From contig CAWFCQ010000003.1 of the NCBI GenBank assembly GCA_963814375.1, positions 64,001 through 128,000 of the forward strand: 64,000 nucleotides of DNA. The letters are read 5' to 3'. This stretch comes from an uncultured Chloroflexia bacterium. GTDB lineage: Bacteria; Chloroflexota; Limnocylindria; QHBO01. A model generated the notes under the pieces. That model was not told where the DNA came from. It did no database searches and saw only the letters and a list, made by a program, of their open reading frames with translations. This document shows, piece after piece, positions 20,067 through 30,352 of the stretch (position 1 is its first letter; each line of letters starts with the position of its first letter). Both the position numbers and the translations under genes were made by a program.

Positions 20067-21168
20067 ATGCCGATTCGCCAGCATCCCCGCCTCGCCATCG
20101 CCGTCCTGTCGCTGCTGCTCGTCGCCCTCGCCGGCTGCGGAACGGTCGGGACCGCCCTCTGCGGGCTCTCGACGTACGCCGCCGACCTCCAGGTCGACCT
20201 CGAGGCGCTCGGCGCGATGGACCCTGAGCTCGTCGTCCAGGAAGGCACGCCCGAGAATGCCGCGGCGCTGGCGGCCATCGACAACCTCGACGCGACTCGC
20301 GCGGAGGCGCAGGAGGCGCTCGACGCGGCCTCGGAGGATGACGTCGGGCAAGCGGCTCAGAGGGCATTCCAGGCCGCGCTGGACGCCACCGAGCTGGCGA
20401 CGACCGAGCTGCGCGCGGCGATCGACTCGGGCGATGCGGCGGCGGTGTCCGAGGCGCTGACCCTCGTGCAGCGAGCGAGTGAGGCCATCGACAGCTTCGT
20501 GACCCTCGTCGAAGGACTCCGGACCGAATGCCCTGACACCGCCTCCCCATCCGAGTCGGCCAGCGCGAGCGAGGCAGCATCGGCGAGCGCAAGCCCGTCC
20601 GACTCGGCCGCACCGACCGAATCGCCAAGCGAGAGCGAAGAGCCGAGCGAGACCGAGGAGCCCAGCGAAACGGAGGAGCCCACGCCGAGCCCATCCCCGA
20701 CGCTCACGGCCAGCCCGACGCCGACGGCAACACCGACGCCATCACCCACTCCATCGCCGACGGCGACACCCTCTCCCAGTCCCACGGCCTCGCCGTCCCC
20801 CACACCGAGCGCAACACCGACGCCGAGTCCGTCCGCGACCGCGACGGCGTCTCCGTCGCCGAGCCCTTCGGCTACGCCGTCACCATCGCCCTCCGCCACG
20901 CCCAGCGCGAGCCCTTCTGCATCGGCGAGCGCCAGCGCTTCGGTCTCGCCAAGCCCGTCGCCGAGTGGCGCGCCTGACGAGGAGGACGGTTCGGGCGCGT
21001 TCCTCTGGCTCGCCGTCCTGGGCCTCGGGCGCCCTCGGCGCGGGAGCGCTGGCCATCTGGATCCGATCGAGGAGCGAGGAGCCGCCCGAGGGCCCCGAAG
21101 GCAGCGACGAAATGGCCCCGCCCGAGGACGTGCCGCCAGGCGCTCCGCCGGCGAGCCCGACGCCCTGA
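20067..21168 (+). CDS. Lipoprotein with Ser/Pro/Thr-rich stalk and C-terminal TM; frameshift at ~21028
   Basis: Lipobox LAGC; TM segment continues in another frame ([14 protein letters not shown]...PTP*). Confidence 0.6.
20540..20965 (+). repeat. Ser/Pro/Thr low-complexity coding repeat
   Basis: [11 protein letters not shown]... repeats. Confidence 0.8.
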
Positions 21169-21180
21169 GCGTCGCCTAGG

Positions 21181-21960
21181 GTGACCCACCAGCCCCTCGA
21201 CGACATCCCCGTCTTCCTGTTCGTCGCCCTCTTCGTGCTGGCCAACGTGGTCGCGTACGAGGTCGGCTTCCGTGTCGGCCTGTGGTCGAAGCAACGCGAT
21301 CCCGATGGCGACGAGGGTCCGACCGGAATGATCGTCGGGTCGATCCTCGCTCTCATGGCGTTCCTGCTCGCGATCACGATGGGCATGGCCGGCGACCGGT
21401 TCGACACGCGCCGTGGCCTGGTGCTCGACGAGGCGAACGCACTCGGCACGACGTACCTGCGCGCCGGCTATTTGCCGGAGCCGGCGTCGACGGAGATGCA
21501 GGACCTGGTGACCGAGTACGTCCCGTACCGCATCGCGCCGAGCGACCAGGCGCAACTGGCGGCCAACATCGAGCGGTCGGAGGAGCTCCAGGCAGAGATG
21601 TGGGCGATCGCCGAGGAGGTAGCACGCACCGATGGATCGGACGTCACGGCGCTCTTCATCGAGTCACTCAATGAAGTCATCGACCTGCACACGAGTCGCG
21701 TCGTGGCCGGAATCTACGCCCGTGTCCCGGCCACCATCCTCTGGCTCCTGGTGATCGGCGTGATCAGCAGCCTCGGACTGGTCGGCTACAGCGCCGGCCT
21801 CAGCCGAAAACGGAGCCCGGCCATTGCGCTGGTGCTGGTGCTCTTTCTCGGCGCCGTCATTTGGCTCGTCGTCGACCTCGATCGGCCGCGCGAGGGCCTG
21901 ATCCAGGTCAGCCAGCAGCCCCTGATCGACCTGCAGCAGAGGCTGGAGAGCGAGCCCTAG
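21181..21960 (+). CDS. DUF4239/bestrophin-like membrane protein
   Basis: AFLLAITM..RF..RR..V.DEANALGT.YLR; DLDRPREG. Confidence 0.7.
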   Translation: MTHQPLDDIPVFLFVALFVLANVVAYEVGFRVGLWSKQRDPDGDEGPTGMIVGSILALMAFLLAITMGMAGDRFDTRRGLVLDEANALGTTYLRAGYLPEPASTEMQDLVTEYVPYRIAPSDQAQLAANIERSEELQAEMWAIAEEVARTDGSDVTALFIESLNEVIDLHTSRVVAGIYARVPATILWLLVIGVISSLGLVGYSAGLSRKRSPAIALVLVLFLGAVIWLVVDLDRPREGLIQVSQQPLIDLQQRLESEP

Positions 21961-21976
21961 CCCGTAGGCCGACCGT

Positions 21977-22939
21977 TCAGGGGATGCGAGCGAACCACGC
22001 CAGCGAGCCGGCCGCGGCCACGGCAGCCACCACGAGCGCAGCGATCGCGAGGCCGTCGGTGATCTCGCGCGGCTCCGTGCGCGTGCCGACGCCTTGGCCG
22101 AGGTCCTCGAACACGGACACGATCTCCTCCGCCGACTCGGCCTCGAACACCTTGCCACCGGTGGTCTCCGCGATGTCTCGCAGCGCCTCGTGGTTGACCG
22201 GAACGGGTACTTCCATGAAGTCGACCACCACCGACCCATGGTCGGTGCCGAAGGCGACGGTGCTGACCTTGACGCCTCGTCGCTCGGCCTCACGGGCCGC
22301 AGGACCCTCGGGTCGCCCCACCGTCGTGTCACCGTCTGACATCAGCACGACCGACCCGCCGGGGTCAGCCGCATCGGCGGGGATGTCCGACTCGAGCAGG
22401 TCGAGCGACGTGTAAATGGCCTCGCCGATCGCCGTTCCCTGGCCGAGGGTCAGCCGGTCGATCGCGCGGTCGAGGACCACCTTCGACGTGGTTGGAGGAA
22501 TGACGACCCGGGCGGCCTCGTCGAAGGCGACCAGGCCCACCTTGACACCGGCCGGGACGACCTCGATGAACCGATGGGCCGCCTCCTGGGCGGCCGCGAT
22601 GCGGCTGGGCGAGACATCCGTCGCCTCCATCGAGACCGAGGTGTCGAACGCGAGCACGACCGTTGGCTCGTTGGGCACCTCGGTTGCCATGGCGGGGCGG
22701 GCGGCCGCGATGACGAGCAGGGCGATCGCGGCCAGGTAGATGGCGGCGACGACGTGGCGGCGAAGGCCCGGGCGCCGCGGTGCCACCGTGTCGATCAGGT
22801 CCGGATCGGTGAATCGGACCACGTAGGCGTGGCGGCGGCGCTGCCTGACGAGGTAAAGCACGGCGAACGCAAGCGGCACCAGGAGCAGCACGAACCGCTC
22901 GGGCGCGAGGAACATGAGGTCTTCCGGGAACGGCGTCAT
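21977..22939 (-). CDS. vWA-domain membrane protein (BatA-like)
   Basis: AAARP, MIDAS DTSVSM, GTAIG, MSDG. Confidence 0.88.
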   Translation of the reverse strand: MTPFPEDLMFLAPERFVLLLVPLAFAVLYLVRQRRRHAYVVRFTDPDLIDTVAPRRPGLRRHVVAAIYLAAIALLVIAAARPAMATEVPNEPTVVLAFDTSVSMEATDVSPSRIAAAQEAAHRFIEVVPAGVKVGLVAFDEAARVVIPPTTSKVVLDRAIDRLTLGQGTAIGEAIYTSLDLLESDIPADAADPGGSVVLMSDGDTTVGRPEGPAAREAERRGVKVSTVAFGTDHGSVVVDFMEVPVPVNHEALRDIAETTGGKVFEAESAEEIVSVFEDLGQGVGTRTEPREITDGLAIAALVVAAVAAAGSLAWFARIP

Positions 22940-23898
22940 CGGGCAGCTCCAGTGGTGGAATGCGACGCCGCGTGCCGCCCCATCGTTCGGGCGCGACGGT
23001 GTCGGTACAGGCAGGCCGCGAGCGGACCGGTCCATTCGGAATCCGTGCGGAGCTGGAGGTGCGTGGCTCCCGCTCGGCGGATCGCGGACGACCTCGTGGC
23101 GCGCCGGCCATCGGCGGCCTCGGACAGGCGGGCGCGGAAGCGCTCGTCACTCGTGTCGATCGTCCGCTGGCGGCCGGTCTCCGGATCCTCGATCACGAGC
23201 AGGCCGACATCGGGCAAACGGAGCTCGCGCGGGTCGACAACCTCGACGGCAATGACCTCACTTCGACGTCCGAGCCGCGCGAGCGCCGGTCGCCAGGTCT
23301 CGATGGGAGCGATGAAGTCGGAGACCACGATCGCGAGCCCGCCTCGTCGCAGGACGTGGCGCAGACCGTCGATGGCGCGGCCGAGATCCACCTCTCCCCC
23401 GAGCGGTGACCGTGCGATGCTGCCCACGAGGCTGGTCAGGTGCCGGCGACCGCCGCGGACCGGCACGATCCGTGGCCCACCGGCGGTCGCGACGACCGCG
23501 CCGATCCGATCGCCGCCGAGGACGGCAAGCGCCGACACGGCCGACGCAACGTTGACGGCCAGATCGGCCTTCCGCCAGCCGACGGTCCCGAAGTCGAGGC
23601 TGCCGGATCGGTCGACCAGGACCGCGACGTCGAGGTCACGCTCCTGGATCGCGTCACGAACGTGCGGCTCGCCGGTCCGGGCGAGGATCGCCCAGTCCAT
23701 CCGACGCACGTCGTCGCCCGGCTCATATGGTCGAGCGTCTCCCGGCTCGACACCGTGGCCGAGCACCAGCGAGGGATGACGGCCGTCGCGACGGCCAAAG
23801 ACCTTGTGGCTCACCGCGAGCTCGATGCGACGGAGGCGTGCCGGCAGGTCGAGACCGCCGCCCTGGCCAGCTCCTGGGCCGGCAGCTGGCGAGGTCAC
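22936..23898 (-). CDS. DUF58 protein
   Basis: RPYEPGDDVRRMDW, DRSGS, VVSDF; in moxR operon. Confidence 0.88.
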   Translation of the reverse strand: MTSPAAGPGAGQGGGLDLPARLRRIELAVSHKVFGRRDGRHPSLVLGHGVEPGDARPYEPGDDVRRMDWAILARTGEPHVRDAIQERDLDVAVLVDRSGSLDFGTVGWRKADLAVNVASAVSALAVLGGDRIGAVVATAGGPRIVPVRGGRRHLTSLVGSIARSPLGGEVDLGRAIDGLRHVLRRGGLAIVVSDFIAPIETWRPALARLGRRSEVIAVEVVDPRELRLPDVGLLVIEDPETGRQRTIDTSDERFRARLSEAADGRRATRSSAIRRAGATHLQLRTDSEWTGPLAACLYRHRRARTMGRHAASHSTTGAAR

Positions 23899-25040
23899 CG
23901 CGCGGCCGGATCGCCCGGCAGGACGATCGGTGGCGCCCCCGCGGTCGCGCTCGCGAGCGGATTCGCGGCCGTGACTGGCGACGCGGCCGCCTGCGTCGGG
24001 TACGGCGCCGGTGCCGGATGCGGGGTCGGTGCAGCTACGGCGGATCCCACGGTCGGCGGCGGCCACGCATTCGAACCGGGAGCCGGAACGGTCGTGAGCA
24101 GCTCGACCAGGACGTCGTCGATGGTGAAGCCCTCGGCGAGCGCCCGGTAGGAGAGCGCGAGGCGCGAGTTGAGGATGTCGTACGCGACGTCGTAGACGTC
24201 CTGCGGCACGGCACGCTCGCGGCCACGCAGCAGCGCCATCGCCCGCGCGCTGCGGACCAGGCCCAGCGACGCTCGTGGGCTCGCGCCGTACTCGAGGAGG
24301 CCCACCAGCTTCGGCAGCCCATGCGCTATGGGGTCGCGGGTCGCGAGCACCAGGCGGATGGCGTAGTCGACCGCCGCCTCGTCGATCGCGACGCGGCGGG
24401 CCGCCATCTGAAGCTCGACCACGTCGGCCGGGTCGAGGAGGCGTGCTGCCTCGGGAGGCTCGTCGGCCATGCGGGCCACGATCGCCCGCTCCTCGGTCGG
24501 GGTCGGATAGTCGACCGGGACGCGCATCAGGAACCGGTCGCGCTGCGCCTCGGCGAGCGGGTAGACGCCCTCCGACTCGACGGGATTCTGGGTGGCCACG
24601 ACCAGGAATGGCCGCGGCATCGCGAAGGTGCGACCGCCGACGGTGACCTGTCGCTCCGCCATCGCCTCGAGCAGCGCCGACTGAACGCGCGCGGGGGCAC
24701 GGTTGATCTCGTCGACCAGGACCACGTTTGCGAGGATCGGCCCGGGCTCGACGTCGAACGCCTCGGCCGATGGGCGGAAGATCCGGGTCCCGACGATGTC
24801 GGACGGGATCAGGTCCGGTGTGAACTGGATGCGATTGAAGGAGCCACCCAGGATCCGCGCCAGGGTCGCCAGCAGCAGCGTCTTGCCGAGGCCGGGCGCG
24901 CCCTCGAGCAGGACGTGACCGTCCGCCAGCACGGCGACGAGAAGCCGATCGACGACTCGATCCTGGCCGACGATGACCCGGCCAAGCTCGTGACGAACCT
25001 GGGCGAGGCGGGTGTTCGTGAGGTCGATGCTCATGGTCAT
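23895..25040 (-). CDS. moxR: MoxR-family AAA+ ATPase
   Basis: EGAPGLGKT, IQFTPDL, DEINRA, ATQNP, DRF, GASPR. Confidence 0.93.
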   Translation of the reverse strand: MTMSIDLTNTRLAQVRHELGRVIVGQDRVVDRLLVAVLADGHVLLEGAPGLGKTLLLATLARILGGSFNRIQFTPDLIPSDIVGTRIFRPSAEAFDVEPGPILANVVLVDEINRAPARVQSALLEAMAERQVTVGGRTFAMPRPFLVVATQNPVESEGVYPLAEAQRDRFLMRVPVDYPTPTEERAIVARMADEPPEAARLLDPADVVELQMAARRVAIDEAAVDYAIRLVLATRDPIAHGLPKLVGLLEYGASPRASLGLVRSARAMALLRGRERAVPQDVYDVAYDILNSRLALSYRALAEGFTIDDVLVELLTTVPAPGSNAWPPPTVGSAVAAPTPHPAPAPYPTQAAASPVTAANPLASATAGAPPIVLPGDPAAR

Positions 25041-26347
25041 GCTCCCTGGCCGTCGGTGCCCGCATCCGGGGCGAATGGGTCAAGCGTGCCGCCCGGGCTC
25101 AGCCCCTGGAGAAGCTCGTCCAGGAGCTGGTCCATCAGGCCCTCCAGCGCATCGGCGGTCGGGTCGTCTGAACCGTCCGGCGCGGGTGTCGGCTCCGGGC
25201 TCGGTGTGGCATCAGGGGCCTGCGAATCCGGGGCGATCTCGCCCAGGAACGCGTCGAGCAGCTCGCGAAGCATCCGGTCGGCCAGCTCCGAGCCGGCGTC
25301 GGGAGCTCCCTGCGAGCCGTCAGGCCCGAGCCCGAACAGGTCCTCCAGTCCATCCAGCCCGTCGGGGCCGAGGAACTGGTCGAACAGCCCACCCAGGGGG
25401 TCCATGCTGTCGGCGGGGTTGTTGTCTTCCGGCTTCCACGTGCCGTCCTTGACCTTCTCGAGGATCTGGGCGGCCTGGTCGACCGGCACCGCGAAGCCGA
25501 TGCCGTCGCTCCCGCCGGAGGCGCTCGCGATGGCGGTGTTGATGCCGATCGCCCGGCCTTCCCGGTCGATCAGCGGACCGCCGGAGTTGCCGGAGTTGAT
25601 CGCGGCATCGGTCTGGATCAGGTCGTGCAGCTCGCCCATCGGGGTCGGGACGGTGCGGCCGAGCGCGCTCACGATGCCGGTCGTGACCGTCTGGCTCAGG
25701 CCGAACGGGCTTCCGATGGCGATCGTCATCTCGCCCACCTGCACATCGGCCAGGGCGCCGAGCGCGAGCGGCTCCAGGTCGGCCGCGGCGCTCTCATCGG
25801 CCCGGATGACGGCCGTGTCGATGGTCTTGTCGACCGCGACCACGGTGCCCGAGAGGCTCGTGCCGTCCTGGAGCTTGAGGGTGACCGTCTCCGATGGACC
25901 GACGACGTGCGAGGCGGTGAGGATCAGCCCCCCATCGGCCGCGACGAAGCCGGAGCCGACCGCGCTGCCCGCCTCGATCTGCACGACCGATGGAAGGAGC
26001 CGCGAGGCCGTTTCCGCGAGCGGCTCGTCGCTCGGCGGGAGGAGCGCGCCAGCCTTGTCCGGCCCGGCCGCGCCTCCGGCCGCGGCGGCCAGCAACGCGC
26101 CGAGCTGGTCGCCGGTGGCGAGCAGCCCGGTGCCGACCAGCGCGATGGCGGCGACCAGGATGGCCGTGCCGACCATGAGCCGGCGGCTGGGCCGCCTGGG
26201 TGCTCGGGCAGCGGGCATCGGGGATGCACCGGCGCCGGCTGCCGCTGTGGCGAGCGGTGGGGTGGCGGGCCAAATGAGCGGTGGTGTCGGCGGCAGGTCG
26301 CGCCAGCTGCGGTGCTGGCGATCGTCGCCGGCGAAGGGATCGTCCAC
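25037..26347 (-). CDS. Trypsin-like (HtrA-type) protease without PDZ, with acidic C-terminal tail
   Basis: TASHVV, DTA, GNSGGPL; TM near N-terminus. Confidence 0.85.
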   Translation of the reverse strand: MDDPFAGDDRQHRSWRDLPPTPPLIWPATPPLATAAAGAGASPMPAARAPRRPSRRLMVGTAILVAAIALVGTGLLATGDQLGALLAAAAGGAAGPDKAGALLPPSDEPLAETASRLLPSVVQIEAGSAVGSGFVAADGGLILTASHVVGPSETVTLKLQDGTSLSGTVVAVDKTIDTAVIRADESAAADLEPLALGALADVQVGEMTIAIGSPFGLSQTVTTGIVSALGRTVPTPMGELHDLIQTDAAINSGNSGGPLIDREGRAIGINTAIASASGGSDGIGFAVPVDQAAQILEKVKDGTWKPEDNNPADSMDPLGGLFDQFLGPDGLDGLEDLFGLGPDGSQGAPDAGSELADRMLRELLDAFLGEIAPDSQAPDATPSPEPTPAPDGSDDPTADALEGLMDQLLDELLQGLSPGGTLDPFAPDAGTDGQGA

Positions 26348-26481
26348 GAGAGCGGGCCTCCGGATCGGTACGGTCGAATGCAGGGTCGGACCGATGCCGG
26401 TCCAACCAGTGATTCCGGAGGCTAGGGAACCGCCGATAACGTGGGCGTTCGGACGGTATAAGGGCGACCTAAAGGATCAGG

Positions 26482-27750
26482 TCAGGAAGCAGCGTCCACC
26501 GTCCACAGCGGATCGGCCATCGCCCGGAGCTCGGCCACCGGGACCGCCTTCGAATCCGCCGACCGGTCCGGCAGCCACACGACGAAGCTGGCGCCGTGCC
26601 CGGGCACCGAGGCGACGCTGACGGTGCCGCCGTGTGCCTCCGCGATCTGGCGAACGAGCGCCAGCCCAAGGCCCTGTCCCTCACCCTCCGTCGTCGGAGC
26701 CCCGTCGCGCCAGGCGCGGCGGAAGACGAGGGCCTGATCGTCAGGCGCGATGCCGCGTCCCAGGTCGCGGACCCCGAACCATAGCCAGCCATCGGCGCGT
26801 CCGGCGCGGCAGTGGACCACCGAGCCGGGGGGAGCCACCCGGAGCGCATTCGAGACGAGGTTCGCCTGAGCGCGTTTCAGCGCGGTCCGGTCTCCGTCAA
26901 CGACCAACCCTGGGGGAGCGAGCCGCGCCAGCCTGATGCCCCGGGTCGAGGCCTCGGCCTCGTACTCCTGGGCGACCTCGGCCACCACCTCGGCCAGGTT
27001 GCAGGAGGTGCGTCGCTCGGGCTGGACGCTGGTTCGAGCCAGCGCCATCAGCTCGTCGACCGTGGTCGACATCCGGTCGGCGGTGCGGCGAGCGGTTTCG
27101 GCGGCGCGGCGCAGGCCCTCGGCGTCCCCGGGCTCCGAGAGCGCGACATCGAGGGTCGTGCGGATGACCGCCAGCGGGTTTCGCAGCTCGTGCGAGGCGT
27201 CCTCGACGAAGCGCCGCTGGGTCCGCACACCCTGGTCGAGCCGGTCGAGCATCGCGTCGAAGGTGTCGGCCAGATCGCGCATCTCGTCAGGTGGACCGCC
27301 GAGATGGATCCGTCGCGACAGGTCGGTGGCCTCGATCTCGCGCGCCACTCCGGCGATGGTGGCGACGGGCCGCACGACGCGGCCGGCGACCGCCCAACCG
27401 ATGCCGAGGCCAACCGGCACCAGCACGAGGAGCGCCACGAGCGACAGGTTGCGTACCGTCTGGAGCGTCTGCTCTCGGATGGCCTGCTCCACCTGGAGGA
27501 GCGCATCGGTCCCGGATTCGCCGCTTCCGTCGAGCTCGGCGAGGCTCATGTCGAGGATCCGCAGCAGCTCCCCCTCGAGGGTGGTCGGCTGCTGCTCGGG
27601 GATCGTCGCGACCACCGTGTCGAGGGCCAGGTTCACGCCCACCACGAGCACCCCCGCCGTCGCGAGCAGGGCAGCGGTCACCATGAGCGCGAGCCGGAAG
27701 CGGACCGACCGAACCGATGCGGTCAGGCGCCGCAGTGGCGATCGAGTCAT
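26482..27750 (-). CDS. Sensor histidine kinase
   Basis: HAMP, SHELRNP, NLVSNA, GQGLGL. Confidence 0.9.
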   Translation of the reverse strand: MTRSPLRRLTASVRSVRFRLALMVTAALLATAGVLVVGVNLALDTVVATIPEQQPTTLEGELLRILDMSLAELDGSGESGTDALLQVEQAIREQTLQTVRNLSLVALLVLVPVGLGIGWAVAGRVVRPVATIAGVAREIEATDLSRRIHLGGPPDEMRDLADTFDAMLDRLDQGVRTQRRFVEDASHELRNPLAVIRTTLDVALSEPGDAEGLRRAAETARRTADRMSTTVDELMALARTSVQPERRTSCNLAEVVAEVAQEYEAEASTRGIRLARLAPPGLVVDGDRTALKRAQANLVSNALRVAPPGSVVHCRAGRADGWLWFGVRDLGRGIAPDDQALVFRRAWRDGAPTTEGEGQGLGLALVRQIAEAHGGTVSVASVPGHGASFVVWLPDRSADSKAVPVAELRAMADPLWTVDAAS

Positions 27751-28442
27751 GCGACGGCCTCCGCCAAGCGATACCCCACGCCCACGACCGTCTCGATGGG
27801 CTGACCGGAGCCGGCTTCGGCGAGCTTGCGGCGCAGGTTGCTGACCGTGACGCGGACCGTGTTCGTGAACGGGTCGGCGCGGTCGTCCCACACGTGCTCG
27901 AGCAGGCGCTCCGGTGTCAGGACCTCGCTCGGATGAAGCATGAAGTATCGGAGGAGCGCGAACTCCTTCGGCGTCAGGTCGAGCCGTTGGTCGTTGCGGT
28001 GGGCCTCGTGCCGCGCGGCGTCGAGCCCAAGGCTCCCCAGCCGGATCGTCGCTCCACCGTTGATCGTCGGGCGGCGGGCGAGGGCGCGAACCCGCGCTGC
28101 GAGCTCGGCGAAGCTGAACGGCTTGACGAGGTAGTCATCGGCACCGTCGTCCAGGCCTCCGACCCGATCGTCGAGACCGTCACGGGCGGTCAGCATCAGG
28201 ACGCGCGGCGGCGTGGCGCCGGGCAGCCCCAGCTCGCCGGCGCGAAGCTTGCGGCAGATCTCGCGACCGTCGGCGTCTGGCAGCCCGAGGTCCAGGCACA
28301 CCACATCGTACGCAGCGTCGTCGAGGCGCTCGCGTGCCTCGGCGCCGGTCGCGGCGGTGTCGACGGCATAGCCTTCGCGGCGCAACCCGGTGGCCAGGGC
28401 AGTGGCGAGGTCGAGCTCGTCCTCGACGATGAGCAGTCGCAC
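27747..28442 (-). CDS. OmpR-family response regulator
   Basis: LIVEDE, LDLGLP, GADDYLVKPF, VVGVGY. Confidence 0.92.
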   Translation of the reverse strand: MRLLIVEDELDLATALATGLRREGYAVDTAATGAEARERLDDAAYDVVCLDLGLPDADGREICRKLRAGELGLPGATPPRVLMLTARDGLDDRVGGLDDGADDYLVKPFSFAELAARVRALARRPTINGGATIRLGSLGLDAARHEAHRNDQRLDLTPKEFALLRYFMLHPSEVLTPERLLEHVWDDRADPFTNTVRVTVSNLRRKLAEAGSGQPIETVVGVGYRLAEAVA

Positions 28443-28506
28443 GGCGGCGCAGCATAGCGCGGTCTCGCGAAATCGTCCCATTCGCCGATCCGCTAGGCTC
28501 CGCGCC

Positions 28507-29340
28507 ATGAGCGGTGATCCAATCAGCCTGCGCGAGGCGTGGCTCGATCTCGACGGCCGGCGCCTCCTGTACCGGACGAACGCCGAGCCGATGCCTCCGG
28601 CGGACGCGCCCGCCCTCATTCACGTCCATGGCTTCGCCATCTCGGGCCGATATCTCATGCCGACGGCATGGCGGCTGGCAGGCGACTACCGGACCTACGT
28701 CCCCGACCTGCCGGGCTTCGGTCGCAGCGAGCGCCCGCCGCGGCCCTACGACATTCCGCAGCTGGCCGACGCCCTGGCGCGCTTCATGGACGAGGTCGGC
28801 ATCGAGCGTGCGACGCTGCTCGGGAACTCGCTGGGCTGCCCCATCATCGGCGAGTTCATCGACCACTACCCGGACCGCGCCGAGCGGGCCATCTTCGTCT
28901 CACCCGCAGGTGGGCTCTACAACCAGCCGCTTCCGAAGGGACTCTCGCAGCTCATCGTGGACACCCTGCGAGAGCCGCCCGGCATGGGCAAGTTCGTCAT
29001 CACGGACTATCTCGCCTATGGCCCGGTCGCCGTGTTCAACCTCATCCGCTCGATGCTTGCCTATCCGACGACCGAGCGGATCGCTGAGCTCCTGCTGCCG
29101 ACGCTCGTCGTCCTGGGCAGTCGCGATCCGTTCGTCAACGAACGGTGGGTCAAGCGTCGAGCAGCCGGCCTGCCCCACGTCACGGGAGTGACCATCAAGG
29201 GCGCCGCCCACGCGATCAACTACTCGCATCCCGAGCAGCTGTCCAATGTCGTCCGCAGCTGGATGGCCGATCAGCCGATCGTGGACGACCCGACGCTACC
29301 GGGACGGGCACGCGTCTTTCTGAAGCCCGCCGAGGGATAG
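28507..29340 (+). CDS. Alpha/beta hydrolase
   Basis: HG, DLPGFG, GNSLG nucleophile, AH catalytic His. Confidence 0.88.
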   Translation: MSGDPISLREAWLDLDGRRLLYRTNAEPMPPADAPALIHVHGFAISGRYLMPTAWRLAGDYRTYVPDLPGFGRSERPPRPYDIPQLADALARFMDEVGIERATLLGNSLGCPIIGEFIDHYPDRAERAIFVSPAGGLYNQPLPKGLSQLIVDTLREPPGMGKFVITDYLAYGPVAVFNLIRSMLAYPTTERIAELLLPTLVVLGSRDPFVNERWVKRRAAGLPHVTGVTIKGAAHAINYSHPEQLSNVVRSWMADQPIVDDPTLPGRARVFLKPAEG

Positions 29341-29386
29341 CCGTGGCCGAGCGGGGGCTGCGTGCGCCTGCATCGGCGAGAGCGCC

Positions 29387-30103
29387 GTGAGCCCGCGCCG
29401 GCACGGTCCGGTCGTGGTTTCGCAGGCCGGCATGGACGGTCCGCCGCTCGTTCTGCTCCATGGGCTCGCCGGCTCGGCCGCCTGGTGGAAGCGCAACCTG
29501 CCCGCGCTGTCCGAGTCATTCCGGGTCACGACCATCGACCTGCCGGGATTCGGCTCCAGCCATCCTGACGCGCGGCTCATCCTCGACGAGGTGCCCGCCC
29601 AGCTGGCCGCGCTGCTTGGCGAGCTGGGCATCGAGCGTGCCCACGTCATGGGCCATTCGATGGGCGGCCTGGTGGCCGGAGGGCTCGCCGCCGACCACCC
29701 CGAGCGCGTCGATCGGCTCGTGCTGGTGGACGCCGGGTTCCTGTCGTTCGACCCCCACCTGCGACACCGGGTCACCGGTCTGCTGCGGACGCTGCCCTTC
29801 ACTTCTCCGACGATTCTCCCGACCCTCCTGCGCGACCTGGCTCGCTCGGGCCCCGTTCGGATGGCCGGTGCCACCGCCGAGATCCTGCGCAAGGACTGGC
29901 GTCACAAGCTGCCGGCCATCACGGCGCCGACGCTCGTCGTCTGGGGTGAGCACGATCGCGTCTGCAGCCCGCGCATCGGTGAGCAGATCGCGGCCACCGT
30001 GCCCGGCGCGCGGCTGGTGGTCATCCGCGGGGCGGCCCACAACCCGATGTGGGAGAAGCAGCCCGCCTTCGACCGCGAGGTGCTCGACTTCCTGCGCAGC
30101 TAG
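29387..30103 (+). CDS. Alpha/beta hydrolase
   Basis: HGL, DLPGFG, GHSMGG, WGEHD, AHNP. Confidence 0.88.
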   Translation: MSPRRHGPVVVSQAGMDGPPLVLLHGLAGSAAWWKRNLPALSESFRVTTIDLPGFGSSHPDARLILDEVPAQLAALLGELGIERAHVMGHSMGGLVAGGLAADHPERVDRLVLVDAGFLSFDPHLRHRVTGLLRTLPFTSPTILPTLLRDLARSGPVRMAGATAEILRKDWRHKLPAITAPTLVVWGEHDRVCSPRIGEQIAATVPGARLVVIRGAAHNPMWEKQPAFDREVLDFLRS

Positions 30104-30127
30104 CTGAGCGGTCGATCGCCGTGAGAG

Positions 30128-30202
30128 TGGAGCCGAAGGTGGGATTCGAACCCACGACCGACGGTTTACGAAACCGTTGCTCTACCCCTGAGCTACTTCG
30201 GC
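30128..30202 (-). tRNA. tRNA-Thr(CGT)
   Basis: GCCGAAG/CTTCGGC acceptor, ACGGT-TTCGTAA-ACCGT anticodon arm, GTTCGAATC, CCA. Confidence 0.96.
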
Positions 30203-30256
30203 AGCCGTGCCGCCCGAGTCTAGGGGATCGGCCAAAAGGCGTCGAACGCTCCGGAC

Positions 30257-30352
30257 TCAGCCTCCGACGAGCGGCTCCCCACAGTTGGGGCAGACCGTGT
30301 CGCTGTCGGCGACGGGCTCGCCGCAGCTGGGGCAGGTGCTCTGCTCGTCCAT
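30257..30352 (-). CDS. 31-aa zinc-ribbon microprotein
   Basis: MDEQSTCPSCGEPVADSDTVCPNCGEPLVGG; TGATG coupling with upstream gene. Confidence 0.65.
   Translation of the reverse strand: MDEQSTCPSCGEPVADSDTVCPNCGEPLVGG

Noticed and set aside
20540-20965. CRISPR-like or non-coding repeat array
   Set aside because: Degenerate codon-level repeats encoding S/P/T; no repeat-spacer pattern and no cas genes
4582-30202. Genomic island anchored at a tRNA
   Set aside because: No integrase, no duplicated tRNA 3' end noticed, and housekeeping content with no obvious compositional shift
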